A stretch of DNA of 64,000 bases from Patescibacteria group bacterium UBA6201 (lineage in GTDB: Bacteria; Patescibacteriota; Minisyncoccia; Phycocordibacterales; UBA918): the NCBI GenBank assembly GCA_002422025.1, contig DISV01000004.1:102578-166577 (forward strand). Reading direction: 5' to 3'. The notes under the pieces are model-generated. The model was not told where the DNA came from. It made no database searches and saw nothing but the letters and a program-made list of their open reading frames with translations. Of this stretch, positions 11,080 to 21,262 are shown piece after piece (within the stretch, counting starts at the first letter, position 1; each line of letters opens with the position of its first letter). The position numbers and the translations under genes are program-made.

Positions 11080-11736
11080 TTAGTACTCGATGGTGATTTC
11101 GCGTTGGATAGTAAAGATAGAATCCAACTGATCACAAGGACGATTGTAGCCTCTAGCAAACACTACAGTGCAGATAGTTCCTGCTGTACATTCAATTGTG
11201 CCTAAACCTTCACCAGTGAGATTATAAGTAAGATCAGTAGTGGCCTCACGTAAGTCAGCAATATAAAGACTCGGTTCTGCACATTTGGCGCCATTGAGTG
11301 TGTATTGATATTTATAGTTATACAAAAGCTGACCACTACTGTTGAATAAAGTTGTGGCCTGTACTCCGGGAGGATTATTCGGATTCACTCCAGCACAAGC
11401 TAGCGATGGTGGCTGTGCCCCACCTTCCTTAAGTAACGCGCTCTTAGTAGTGGGCTGCGCTCGATGGTAACGCATACACTCAAGTCCAATCTGGGCAGAT
11501 TGAAATGATTTTTCTGATTCAATAGCAGTTACCGCCAAAAGATATTGTTTAGTGGTAACAAAAAGTAGCGACAAACCGATAGCCAATACCACACTCACAA
11601 CCACTAAAGTGATGAGTAGGGCGAAACCTTGGTTAGCTTTCGGGGCCGCTTCGCGTCCGGACGCATAAAATTGCCAAACGATTTTACGCAAACGGGTAAC
11701 TAAAAGTTTAAAACTAAAAACTGATTTAAGGTTCAT
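11080..11736 (-). CDS. Minor pilin, PilX-like
   Basis: QG-FALLITLVVV class III signal lacking Glu5. Confidence 0.8.
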   Translation of the reverse strand: MNLKSVFSFKLLVTRLRKIVWQFYASGREAAPKANQGFALLITLVVVSVVLAIGLSLLFVTTKQYLLAVTAIESEKSFQSAQIGLECMRYHRAQPTTKSALLKEGGAQPPSLACAGVNPNNPPGVQATTLFNSSGQLLYNYKYQYTLNGAKCAEPSLYIADLREATTDLTYNLTGEGLGTIECTAGTICTVVFARGYNRPCDQLDSIFTIQREITIEY

Positions 11737-12400
11737 AATACGTATTATAGATATAGCTTTCGAGTACCACACTATCAGAAGGACCATCGCCCCAAGACAC
11801 TTCTGACTGTACCCTCGCCAACGAATTATCTACAGAGATAGAGAGTTCACGTGTGTAGGCAGTAGCTGTTCCGCCGGAAGCACGTTGCTTAAGTGGAACA
11901 CGAGCGCCACTATGTTCGTTGATAACACAGTTACTACCACTACAACGATAAAAACTACTAGTTGTAACAGAGCCGTCTTCTGCGATTTGTACCCCACAAC
12001 GATTTGTACCTCCTACGGGACATAATGAAGCTATGGTGGTCATATTATTCCAAACCTCACCCAGGTTACTATATGTGCTTGCGTCCAACGCATCGTCCTC
12101 ACGTAACTTAACCAAGGCCTCAATACCCTCTTGTGCTAAAAAGACTGCCAAGGTGTTATCTTTTGATTGATTAGCTCTTTTGAGTCCAGAATGTGCGATA
12201 GTGAGCGGACCAACCAGTGCGATTAAGAGTACCGTAATAGCCACTAACACCTCAACGAGAGAATAACCTCTGTGGTGGTTAAGGGTTAGAAGTTTAGGGT
12301 CTAGTGATGCTTTGCCTCTAGACGCAGACACGAAAAATCGCAAAGCTATTTTTCTTAAGCTCTGTACTAGGTACTGCGTGTTGTGTACTAACATAATCAT
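11726..12400 (-). CDS. Minor pilin, PilV-like
   Basis: RG-YSLVEVLVA; AVFLAQEGIE. Confidence 0.85.
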   Translation of the reverse strand: MIMLVHNTQYLVQSLRKIALRFFVSASRGKASLDPKLLTLNHHRGYSLVEVLVAITVLLIALVGPLTIAHSGLKRANQSKDNTLAVFLAQEGIEALVKLREDDALDASTYSNLGEVWNNMTTIASLCPVGGTNRCGVQIAEDGSVTTSSFYRCSGSNCVINEHSGARVPLKQRASGGTATAYTRELSISVDNSLARVQSEVSWGDGPSDSVVLESYIYNTYYEP

Positions 12401-13086
12401 AAATCAAGTACGCGCTTAGTGACGGTTGTCTGTATCATAAATGCCGACCCGGTATTATTTACGCCCACCACCTCTCCCTCGATGAAGATTGTGACATTCG
12501 GTTGGAATAGATTGATGTCGTCTTCCTTACTAGCAGTATTTGACACATTAAAGTGCATAGCGGTGATATCGATGGTCGGATTAGTTAGACGAACCCACGA
12601 ACCAGTACCAACCTTACGCTCAATGGAGCCATCGGTAGAATTATGACGGTAAGCTATACGCCGATTATCCGATCCTGCGGTCAAACTTTTACCTCCTTCG
12701 ATTATAGACAAGTATGACCCTTTATTACAATCTTGATGAATCGTAACATTGCCTGTTGTCTCTGTGCCATTCGAACAATAATAAGCGAAGCCGGTCCTAA
12801 TCTCGCGAGTCATACTGTCTAGGGCAAATTGGATGTTACTAACTGACTCTTGAGTATTTTGTGCTTTAGCATTAGCGTTGATTAAGACCATCAAAGCACC
12901 GATACCCATAGTAAGAACAACTACAAAAAGGGCCATTGAAACCAGAAGTTCAATTAAGGAGAAACCACTGTTAGTACGCAGTACACGGGACGCGGGACGC
13001 AGGAACGTATTGTGTCGAGAAGCAGAAAATCGCGAAGCGATTTTCTGCTTCTCGTGTTCTGCTTGCTGTGTACTGTGTACTAACAT
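12397..13086 (-). CDS. Minor pilin, PilW-like
   Basis: SG-FSLIELLVS; ALDSMTREIR. Confidence 0.85.
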   Translation of the reverse strand: MLVHSTQQAEHEKQKIASRFSASRHNTFLRPASRVLRTNSGFSLIELLVSMALFVVVLTMGIGALMVLINANAKAQNTQESVSNIQFALDSMTREIRTGFAYYCSNGTETTGNVTIHQDCNKGSYLSIIEGGKSLTAGSDNRRIAYRHNSTDGSIERKVGTGSWVRLTNPTIDITAMHFNVSNTASKEDDINLFQPNVTIFIEGEVVGVNNTGSAFMIQTTVTKRVLDL

Positions 13087-13088
13087 AA

Positions 13089-13733
13089 TTATTCAACAGT
13101 TATCTGACCGGCCGCATTTATTCTTATCAATCGACTACCAGTATCATTTAAGGTAGCCACTCCTACAGCACCGTCTGAGACGGTACCGTTATTTATTACA
13201 GCATCAAAATTTGGTCGCTGAAATGTAATGGACATGGTACTTAAACTGCAGTTTATACCGCTACATAACTGATTAATAGCAAAGCGTGAATCCAGTCTCC
13301 TCGTTTCCAATTCTTCGCCGGCAGTATAATAGCCATTTTCATTACTATCACGAAAAATTATGTAGCTACCCGGCTCCGCCGTGGCAAAATATATTCCATA
13401 TGGACGTCGGAACTCGCTACTGCTTCCCGTGGCCGAGAGAGAACGCGTTTGTATCTCTCGAAGTTCTAGCGCGATTTGAAAGGCTTGGTTTTTAAGGAGA
13501 ATCAAGTTATTGAACGCTCCATATCGCAGAGTAACAATACCAGTAATTAAACCGATGATTGCAGCAGTAATTAAGACCTCGAGTAAAGAGAAACCCTTAC
13601 TGGGACACGGTACGCAGCCCATGGTAGATAGTGTGCAAGACGCTTCTCGTCCAGCGACAGAAAATCGCTTCGCTCTTTTCTGTCTTTTAGATGCTAATAG
13701 ATATAGCCTCAATGAAAGTAAGAATGTTGGCAT
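13089..13733 (-). CDS. Minor pilin, FimT/GspH-like (start may be 13622)
   Basis: KG-FSLLEVLIT; C-terminal IRINAAGQI. Confidence 0.85.
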   Translation of the reverse strand: MPTFLLSLRLYLLASKRQKRAKRFSVAGREASCTLSTMGCVPCPSKGFSLLEVLITAAIIGLITGIVTLRYGAFNNLILLKNQAFQIALELREIQTRSLSATGSSSEFRRPYGIYFATAEPGSYIIFRDSNENGYYTAGEELETRRLDSRFAINQLCSGINCSLSTMSITFQRPNFDAVINNGTVSDGAVGVATLNDTGSRLIRINAAGQITVE

Positions 13734-14508
13734 TAAAAAAGTAAACCATTACAAACGCAAGAATTAGGAATGGCGCGAACGGAACTTCACTTTTCATCTT
13801 AACACGTTGAGTGGAGCCAAAACCGAGGTACTTGTGTAGATTCACTTTCTGAAAGAGGATGATTGAAACACTAATAAGGGCGCCAATCCAGAACGACCAC
13901 ACTACCAATGAAAACACGCCATTCATTCCAACCAATAAACCGAGACTAACCGCCAACTTAGCATCCCCCAAGCCTAACCATCGCCCACTTGAGAACCACC
14001 ATAGCGAGAAAAAAAAGAAAAAAGCGATAAAGGCTGAAAGTAGCGCAGAACCAAGTCCGCTAATGTCGTTGGCAAACCAAGATTCATAACCGACAATGAA
14101 TAAAGCTAAGATAGCCAGACTAAGCGACAGTTCATCGGGAATGATCATGTGATAAAGGTCATAGACCAACACAACCACCAATATAGACATAAAGGCCGTA
14201 AGAAATACAAAAATGCCAATATCTGAAGTGTTGAAGTAAGCTAAGAGAAAAGTAATTGCTGTCAGCACCTCAACTAACGCATAACGGTATGGGATGAATG
14301 ATTGACACGAGCGACAACGACCCCTAAGGACTAGGTATGAAAAGAGCGGAAATAACTCATACCATTTAAGAGTAGTCCCACAAGACAGACAGTGGGAACG
14401 GTCGTTTAGCGAACGGTTAGTATGAAAACGGTAAATAACAACGTTTAGAAAGCTACCAATAATGAGACCAAACAAAGCCACCACAAAAATAAAAAACCAT
14501 TCTGGCAT
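13687..14508 (-). CDS. pilD: Prepilin peptidase
   Basis: GSFLNVVIYR, CxxC pairs, GLGDAKL, VPFAPFL. Confidence 0.95.
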   Translation of the reverse strand: MPEWFFIFVVALFGLIIGSFLNVVIYRFHTNRSLNDRSHCLSCGTTLKWYELFPLFSYLVLRGRCRSCQSFIPYRYALVEVLTAITFLLAYFNTSDIGIFVFLTAFMSILVVVLVYDLYHMIIPDELSLSLAILALFIVGYESWFANDISGLGSALLSAFIAFFFFFSLWWFSSGRWLGLGDAKLAVSLGLLVGMNGVFSLVVWSFWIGALISVSIILFQKVNLHKYLGFGSTQRVKMKSEVPFAPFLILAFVMVYFFNANILTFIEAISISI

Positions 14509-14790
14509 AAACTAAGTATAACTCCAGACACCAGTCCTGCCGTGATTTTGCGTGGATAGACCAAAGGAAGACGCTAATTTCAATCTACAGACTAACAAGG
14601 CTCTCCGTACTTAAGAATGACAAAACCATAGCAACAGTAGGACTAGTGTGAGGGTAAGCCCCACACCCACTTTTTTCAGTAACTTCTTACACATCTTTCA
14701 TGTAGCCAAAGAAGTCACGGGTAAATTTAAAAACTAATCATAAAACACCCCACTAGGTGGGGTGTTTTATGAAATTGTACAAAATGCAAT

Positions 14791-15210
14791 CTAAGAAGCT
14801 GGACAAGCAGTTCCAGCGCCGAGTGCGCTTGTAACTATTCGAGCGACACCAGTACTATCAACACAATAATATTGTGCAGTGTTAGACATTAGTTGAGCGG
14901 ACATGGCCCAAACCAACGGAGTATCGTTACAATCAACAACTGCACTGCCAGAGGTACCAGCTGCTACTTTCATAGTAGTGATGCCGGTAGTTGCGGTGCA
15001 TACACCGTCGTAAGAACGACTATTGTCGTCATAGTAAAGTTCAGCTTGAGCCCGAGAATTGTTAAGGTTTGATTTGATAGCAGCATCTGCTCCCTTATCA
15101 CGAGCGCTATTAAGTGATGCCAACACCACTGAGGCCAAGATACCGATGATGGCAATGACCACGAGGAGCTCGATGAGGGTAAAGCCGCGGCTAGATGTTT
15201 GTTTAATCAT
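14791..15210 (-). CDS. Type IV major pilin-like protein
   Basis: RG-FTLIELLVVIAIIGILASVVLASL; YCVDSTG. Confidence 0.92.
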   Translation of the reverse strand: MIKQTSSRGFTLIELLVVIAIIGILASVVLASLNSARDKGADAAIKSNLNNSRAQAELYYDDNSRSYDGVCTATTGITTMKVAAGTSGSAVVDCNDTPLVWAMSAQLMSNTAQYYCVDSTGVARIVTSALGAGTACPAS

Positions 15211-15713
15211 AAAATGTAAAATAATTTTCCTTACGTTCATTTTACACCCTACACTGTGAAACATTTGAATGTGTGTGAATAACTAGGAACAAAAAAACAG
15301 CAAGCAATCAAGCTCACTGTTTTTTCCTAAACTAAACTCCTAACTAGTTAAGGACAAGTTGTAGCTCCTGTAGTAACTGACGCTGTAGCGGTAGTAGTAG
15401 CGGTTCCAGTTGAGTCTACACAGTATGTGGAAGTAGTAGCGCTCGAGAGAGAAGCAAAAGCTGCCCATACGTCTGCCGTATCATTACATTCACCACCAGC
15501 TGCGCTTACACCTTGTGCAACGTTAGAATCAGCACAAACATTTAAATAACTACCGTTATCATCGTAAAACAATTCAGCTTGCGCACGAATGTTATTAAGG
15601 TTGGACTTGATAGCGGCGTCCTCTCCCTTGTCGCGAGCGCTATTAAGTGATGCCAACACCACTGAGGCCAAGATACCGATGATGGCAATGACCACGAGGA
15701 GCTCGATGAGGGT
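15101..15713. repeat. Identical 80 bp segment in the two pilins (15101-15180 and 15634-15713)
   Basis: Base-by-base identity by eye across the alpha1 helix codons. Confidence 0.9.
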
Positions 15714-15743
15714 GAAACCTCTTTTAAGTGTGTTCTTAATCAT
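15348..15743 (-). CDS. Type IV major pilin-like protein
   Basis: RG-FTLIELLVVIAIIGILASVVLASL; YCVDSTG. Confidence 0.92.
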   Translation of the reverse strand: MIKNTLKRGFTLIELLVVIAIIGILASVVLASLNSARDKGEDAAIKSNLNNIRAQAELFYDDNGSYLNVCADSNVAQGVSAAGGECNDTADVWAAFASLSSATTSTYCVDSTGTATTTATASVTTGATTCP

Positions 15744-15953
15744 ATAACTAATTACTTTATAACTTACCTGCTCCAGACATCAGCTGCGTGTCTTGAACAG
15801 GACATCCGTTTAATGGATACTATCAATTCTATAGTTATTCTTGGCCACTTAGATAAATGAGTGTGGATAAGACCAGTTTTTTAATCAAGATACTTTTGAT
15901 TGGGGCCTAATTTTTTAGACTTAAAAAATTAGGTGGAGCTATGTTTAACTTAA

Positions 15954-16090
15954 GTTATCTAACAGAGGATTTTTGGATGCAGTTATGCCAGCTGGAGGGA
16001 GTTTCGTGCGGAAGACGTATACGGACATACGACGACCAAACGAAGCGACTGAAGCTGGTGTAAATGCACCAAAAATACCTGTTAGATAGC
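15954..16090 (+). repeat. Rod-like intergenic palindrome (copy 2)
   Basis: TTTTTGG-ATG-CA...GGAG...CGTAT/ATACG...TGA...CCAAAAA. Confidence 0.8.
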
Positions 16091-17290
16091 GGCGGTCATA
16101 TTGTAGATAGGCATCAAGACAGATGCCAACAAAGTACCCACACCAACACCCAAGAGAACAATCATCACTGGCTCAATCAGTCCAATCAGGGTATCAACAG
16201 CGTTATTCACCTCACGTACATAGAAGGTAGCCAACGTCTTCATAATCTCCGAAAGATTACCGGTCTCTTCTCCGACCTTAGCCATCTGAGAAAGCACACC
16301 AGGAATCTCTGGATACTCAGAAATCGCATCAGCAAACGACCGGCCACCTTTTACTTCCACTAAAGTGTTCTGTAGAATTTCTTTAAAGACTGCATTATCT
16401 ACCACTTCAGCCGTTACCTCGAGTGCCTGCACCATGGAGATTCCACTTTGGAGCATCGTGGCCAAGTTGTCACAGATGCGGGCTAGGTAAAGCTTTTGAT
16501 AAAGATCTCCTATGTAAGGCAGGGTGATTTTCAACTCATCGAAGGCCCTTTGTCCGACTGGAGTCTTTAAGAAACGCCACAGAAATACTCCACCAATAGA
16601 AGCTAGTGCCAGCATTACTCCTATGTAATCAGTAAGGACAGTTGAAATGGCTATAACGATTTTGGTATAGATAGGTAGTTCCTGACCGGAGTCAATGAGA
16701 ATTTGACTAATACGTGGAATCACCATCGTAAGCATAAGTCCCATCACGAGGATGAATACTCCAACAACAAAGGCTGGGTAAACAAGAGCATTTTTAGCTT
16801 TAGTTACTACCTGGTAAGTACGGTCTAGGTAATCTGCCAAATAACCGAACGACTGTTCTAAAGAACCAGATTCTTCTCCGGCCCTAATCATATTTATATA
16901 GAAATCACTAAAGACATCAGGGTGTGCGGATAGAGAACGTGAGATTGAACTACCAGCCTGCAAATCATCAGCAATATCATTCAACACCATCTGCATCTGT
17001 GGATTTTCCGCCTCAGTACCCAATAGGCGAAATATGCGGAGTGCCGATACCTGAGCATCAAAAAGAGTGGCGAGCTGGCGAGAAAGTATAACTACTTCCT
17101 TGTTTGATATTCTTTGAAACCAAGTAATTTTAAAATTTAAAAGCTGTTGCTTTTCCTCTACCGGATCAATCGATATGACTGTATAACCGCGTTTTTGTAC
17201 GGTCGCAATGGCCGCATCGATATTACCAGCTTCGACAATACCTTCGCGTTTAACGTTAGTTTGATCAATGGCCTTATAAGAAAACAACAT
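16082..17290 (-). CDS. pilC: Type IV pilus platform protein PilC/GspF
   Basis: AGEESGSL, ALVYPAFV, VGEETGNL, LIEP. Confidence 0.95.
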   Translation of the reverse strand: MLFSYKAIDQTNVKREGIVEAGNIDAAIATVQKRGYTVISIDPVEEKQQLLNFKITWFQRISNKEVVILSRQLATLFDAQVSALRIFRLLGTEAENPQMQMVLNDIADDLQAGSSISRSLSAHPDVFSDFYINMIRAGEESGSLEQSFGYLADYLDRTYQVVTKAKNALVYPAFVVGVFILVMGLMLTMVIPRISQILIDSGQELPIYTKIVIAISTVLTDYIGVMLALASIGGVFLWRFLKTPVGQRAFDELKITLPYIGDLYQKLYLARICDNLATMLQSGISMVQALEVTAEVVDNAVFKEILQNTLVEVKGGRSFADAISEYPEIPGVLSQMAKVGEETGNLSEIMKTLATFYVREVNNAVDTLIGLIEPVMIVLLGVGVGTLLASVLMPIYNMTAAI

Positions 17291-17450
17291 AGATATAGTT
17301 TAAAGTTAAAAGCTGAAAGTTGAAAGGCGTGGAGCTGTGTTTAACTTTGCCGTATCCTAACCGAAGATTTTTAGACGCAGTTGCACCAGTGCGAGGTAGT
17401 TTAGGGAGGAAGACGTGAGGTGTGGATACATTTAACAATTTGGATTGTTA

Positions 17451-17571
17451 AACTTTTTAAATTGGAGGAAATTCGACGGTTTGCAGGAGTTTTTGTGACC
17501 AAGGCGTAGATTGACCTACGGTGCGGGAGCAAAAACTTCGAAAACCTAGGATTTACCCAATTTTGGAAGTT
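17451..17571 (+). repeat. Rod-like intergenic palindrome (copy 3)
   Basis: Closely similar to 54101-54232. Confidence 0.85.
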
Positions 17572-17577
17572 TAGGAT

Positions 17578-18648
17578 TTATATGAGGCGCTCTAATCCTT
17601 TAGGATTAACCGAGTAAGCAAAAGCATTCTCAACTGTAATCTCGCCCTTCTTAACTAACTCAACTAACGACCGGTTCATATCAATCATTCCGTGCTCAAG
17701 ACCAGTTTCAATCACCGTTTGTACTTCATGGGTACGCCGTTCACGAATCAGGTTAGAAACTGCACTGTTGTTGATTAAAAGTTCATAAGTAGGAATCAAT
17801 CCACCTTGAATACGAGGAATCAAACGTTGTGAAAAGATACCAGTAAGCGACCCTGCCAACTGCACACGTATCTGATCCTGCTGACCAGCTGGGAAACTAT
17901 CAATAATACGATCAATCGTTTGAGCAGCATTGTTGGTATGGAGGGTTGAAAATACCAAGTGTCCAGTCTCAGCAGCAGTCACCGCTGTCGAAATCGTCGC
18001 TGGATTACGCATTTCTCCCACTAAAATAACGTCGATGTCCTGACGAAAAACAGCATTAAGACCAGAAGCAAAATCGACAGTATCGGTACCGACCTCACGT
18101 TGCTCGATTAGAGCTTGGTCAGCTGTATAAACATATTCAATCGGATCTTCAATAGTCACAATGTGATCAGGACGACTCTTATTAATCATCTGAATCATCG
18201 ACGCTAGAGTAGTAGACTTACCTTGTCCGACCGGACCCACACAAAGAAAGAATCCTTGTGGTCTTTCGGTAAAACTCGCTAATATTGGTGGCAAATTTAA
18301 CTCTTCTAAGGACTTGATATCGTTTGGAATATGACGGAGTGCAATAGCTGGAGTACCCTGCTGATGATAAGCATTGCCACGGAAACGCACACCGTCTGAA
18401 GCAGCAAAAGAAAAGTCTACCTCTTTGGTTGCTGTAAAGTTAGTCTGCTTTTGCTCTGTCAACAAGATTCCACAAAAACCCATCACGTCTTCAGAGGTTA
18501 AAACTGGCTTCTTTACCAAAGGCACCAAGGAACCCATTACTCTAACCGCAGGATGTGTTCCAACTGACAAGTGTATGTCAGAACCCTTTTCAGACACCAC
18601 TATATCTATTAAATCTGTTAATTCTCTTCTGTAATCTACATTGGCCAT
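17578..18648 (-). CDS. pilT: Pilus retraction ATPase PilT
   Basis: GPVGQGKST, TIEDPIE, AAETGHLVFSTLHT, NLIRE. Confidence 0.95.
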   Translation of the reverse strand: MANVDYRRELTDLIDIVVSEKGSDIHLSVGTHPAVRVMGSLVPLVKKPVLTSEDVMGFCGILLTEQKQTNFTATKEVDFSFAASDGVRFRGNAYHQQGTPAIALRHIPNDIKSLEELNLPPILASFTERPQGFFLCVGPVGQGKSTTLASMIQMINKSRPDHIVTIEDPIEYVYTADQALIEQREVGTDTVDFASGLNAVFRQDIDVILVGEMRNPATISTAVTAAETGHLVFSTLHTNNAAQTIDRIIDSFPAGQQDQIRVQLAGSLTGIFSQRLIPRIQGGLIPTYELLINNSAVSNLIRERRTHEVQTVIETGLEHGMIDMNRSLVELVKKGEITVENAFAYSVNPKGLERLI

Positions 18649-18783
18649 AATTTAAATTTAAAGTTGAAAAGTCATTTTCATTTCCAAGCGAGTGCCGAAA
18701 GAAAGATTCTCTCACTTTCAAGCGATGCGAATAAAATGAAAGCTTGCTTGCATTTTTGAGTGAGTGAAGAAAGCAAGATTCTC

Positions 18784-19146
18784 TTACTTACATAACTCCT
18801 CTACTCGCTTCACCACCTCACTTGGTATTACCTCGGCTTTAATAATGTAACCCACGGCCATAGCTTCCTTGGCTGCCGACTGGTCGGAGGCCTCACTTTG
18901 ATTAGATAGTACAATGTATTTAGTGTCCCCCGCCAAACCCAGTTTTTTAATCTCTTCCAAAAGCTCAAGTCCACTCATTCCTGGCATTATCATATCCAGC
19001 AAAACAACGTCGTAGTCGGCTTCCTTGATGTGCCGCAGCGCCTCGATCGCGTCTGTAGCGACGTCGACCTGGTGACCAGATTCAATGAATTTGGTAGCGT
19101 ACATATCTCTAAGAAAAGCATCGTCATCTACCAATAAGACTTTCAT
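18784..19146 (-). CDS. Single-domain response regulator
   Basis: LLVDDD, LLDMIMPGMSG receiver motifs. Confidence 0.9.
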   Translation of the reverse strand: MKVLLVDDDAFLRDMYATKFIESGHQVDVATDAIEALRHIKEADYDVVLLDMIMPGMSGLELLEEIKKLGLAGDTKYIVLSNQSEASDQSAAKEAMAVGYIIKAEVIPSEVVKRVEELCK

Positions 19147-19327
19147 CCCGTTATAAATAAGACGCGAACACGGATGCCCTCGTACCTATGCTTAAAAGGC
19201 TACTAATGTGATTTCGACCACAAATTTCAATACCAAATGATGTGTGTCCGCTATTTCTTACGGGATTCATACGACCTCATTATACAACACACCATTTAAT
19301 TCTGATTGTTAGGTGGGTATAGCAAGA

Positions 19328-21181
19328 TTATTGTTCCTCATCTAAATCAATATCCTTAGACTCACCTTTAGTTGGCATCGGCGCCACTTGTTCTCCCAGC
19401 TCTGTCGGTAGTGCGGTATCTTCGGGTAAAAAATCTTTATCAGTTGCGGTTTCAGCACCTATTTTGGTACCAAAGGTATTAACCTCTTCATAAGGAATAT
19501 CACCTTGAAGGGCTTTCAAAATAGCGTCTTCTTTCATACTCATAAAACCCTTAGCTCGAGCCACATTATAAATCTCCTCTTCACTCCCCTCTCGCAAAAT
19601 AAGATTTTGTATGTCTTGGTCGATTTCCAACACCTCCATCACAGCGATACGTCCCTTAGTACCAGATGCGCAACCAGGAACAGGTACAGCATGATAAATA
19701 TTTTCAAAGGGAGGAAGGCGGTCACTGTAAGCTGCAGGCAAACTTTCAAACTCCTTGGCAAACATCTGCTTAGTACTTTCGTCTATAGGAGTAGCCTGAC
19801 CTGGCTTACAAAGACGTCTAGACAGACGTTGCGCAATTGCTAGTTTCAGAGTCGGTGCAATCAGATATGGGTCCACACCCATATCAATAAGACGCGGCAC
19901 TACTCCAATTGCATTGTTGGTGTGGATAGTGGAAAGTACCAAGTGACCAGTAAGGGCTGCCTGAATAGCCAACTGGGCCGTCTCTTTATCTCGAATCTCT
20001 CCTACCAAGATAACGTCAGGGTCTTGACGGAGTGCAGTTCTAAGACCATTAGCAAAAGTATAGCCAATTTCTGGACGTACTTGTGACTGTGATACACCAT
20101 CAATATTATACTCAATCGGATCTTCAAGTGAGAGAACATTCTTAGTGGCCCTATCCACCTCAGCCAACATAGCGTAAAGAGTGGTTGACTTACCACTACC
20201 GGTCGGACCGGAGATAAGGATAATACCGTATGGTTCATTAATCATTCTGCGGATTGTGGCAAGGTGATTCTTAGACATACCAGTGAGTTCCAAAGTACGG
20301 ATGCCTTTTTCATTATCCAAAATACGCATCACCACCTTTTCTCCGTGGTTGGTAGGAAACGTAGAGACTCGAAAATCAATCTTACGCCCATCGAAGGTAG
20401 CGGAAAACCGCCCATCCTGAGGCTTGCGTCTTTCATCAAGACGCATAGAAGAAAGAATCTTGATACGAGCCACGACAGCAGCCTGCACGTTACGCGGAAG
20501 TTCGATACTAGTTTGCAGGATACCATCAACTCGAAAGCGTACTCGCACCTTTCCGTTAGTCGGCTCAATATGAACGTCAGAGGCTCCCCCATCAACAGCG
20601 TAACGAAGAATAGTTGCGACAATCTTAGTGACTGGTGCGTCTTCTTTGATATGCTCAGTCGACAATTTATCCCCCTCTGCAGACTCGCTCTTTCTTTCTG
20701 CAATTTCTTGGTCAAGCTCACCTTCGAGTGAGGTTAGTGCTTGCCCGACCTCACCAGTGAGATTTTCATAACCGGTCAATAACTTTTGGAGATCTTCTTT
20801 TAATAAAAAAATGAATTTGTAAGGTATACCGTGCTTCGTACTAACGAAGTTCAAAACCTCGCGCAAACGAAAGTCATCGGGATTATTAACACCAACAAGA
20901 AGAGTGTCATTCTCAAGTTTGAGCGGTACAATCTCGTAGTTTTTAGCCGCCTCTACAGGAATAAACTCCAGCACGTTTTGCGGGACAGACTCGTCTTCAG
21001 TCGGAGTATGCGCTGGAATGTTGTAATAACGAGCTAGTCGTTCACGTACCACTTCCTTCGCTACCCCAGCTGACAACAAGGCCTTTTCTGGTGATATTCC
21101 TTGCTCTACCTGCTTACCCACTGTCACCGCTATATCTGGGGTAATAACGCCTTCTTTCTGTAATTCGTTTAAAAAATCCAT
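19328..21181 (-). CDS. pilB: Pilus assembly ATPase PilB/GspE
   Basis: ASDVHIEP, GPTGSGKST, LRQDPD, AALTGH. Confidence 0.95.
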   Translation of the reverse strand: MDFLNELQKEGVITPDIAVTVGKQVEQGISPEKALLSAGVAKEVVRERLARYYNIPAHTPTEDESVPQNVLEFIPVEAAKNYEIVPLKLENDTLLVGVNNPDDFRLREVLNFVSTKHGIPYKFIFLLKEDLQKLLTGYENLTGEVGQALTSLEGELDQEIAERKSESAEGDKLSTEHIKEDAPVTKIVATILRYAVDGGASDVHIEPTNGKVRVRFRVDGILQTSIELPRNVQAAVVARIKILSSMRLDERRKPQDGRFSATFDGRKIDFRVSTFPTNHGEKVVMRILDNEKGIRTLELTGMSKNHLATIRRMINEPYGIILISGPTGSGKSTTLYAMLAEVDRATKNVLSLEDPIEYNIDGVSQSQVRPEIGYTFANGLRTALRQDPDVILVGEIRDKETAQLAIQAALTGHLVLSTIHTNNAIGVVPRLIDMGVDPYLIAPTLKLAIAQRLSRRLCKPGQATPIDESTKQMFAKEFESLPAAYSDRLPPFENIYHAVPVPGCASGTKGRIAVMEVLEIDQDIQNLILREGSEEEIYNVARAKGFMSMKEDAILKALQGDIPYEEVNTFGTKIGAETATDKDFLPEDTALPTELGEQVAPMPTKGESKDIDLDEEQ

Positions 21182-21262
21182 TTTATGGTTGTTTAGAACA
21201 CGGGAACGTTGTTGTGCCATCTCCAACTAATCATTTCCGAACACTACCGTCCTGGGTATCAG

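Noticed and set aside
14575-14700. Relic of a third major pilin gene
   Set aside because: Faint GLTL...VAMVLSFLST resemblance needs several frameshifts and cannot be supported by eye.
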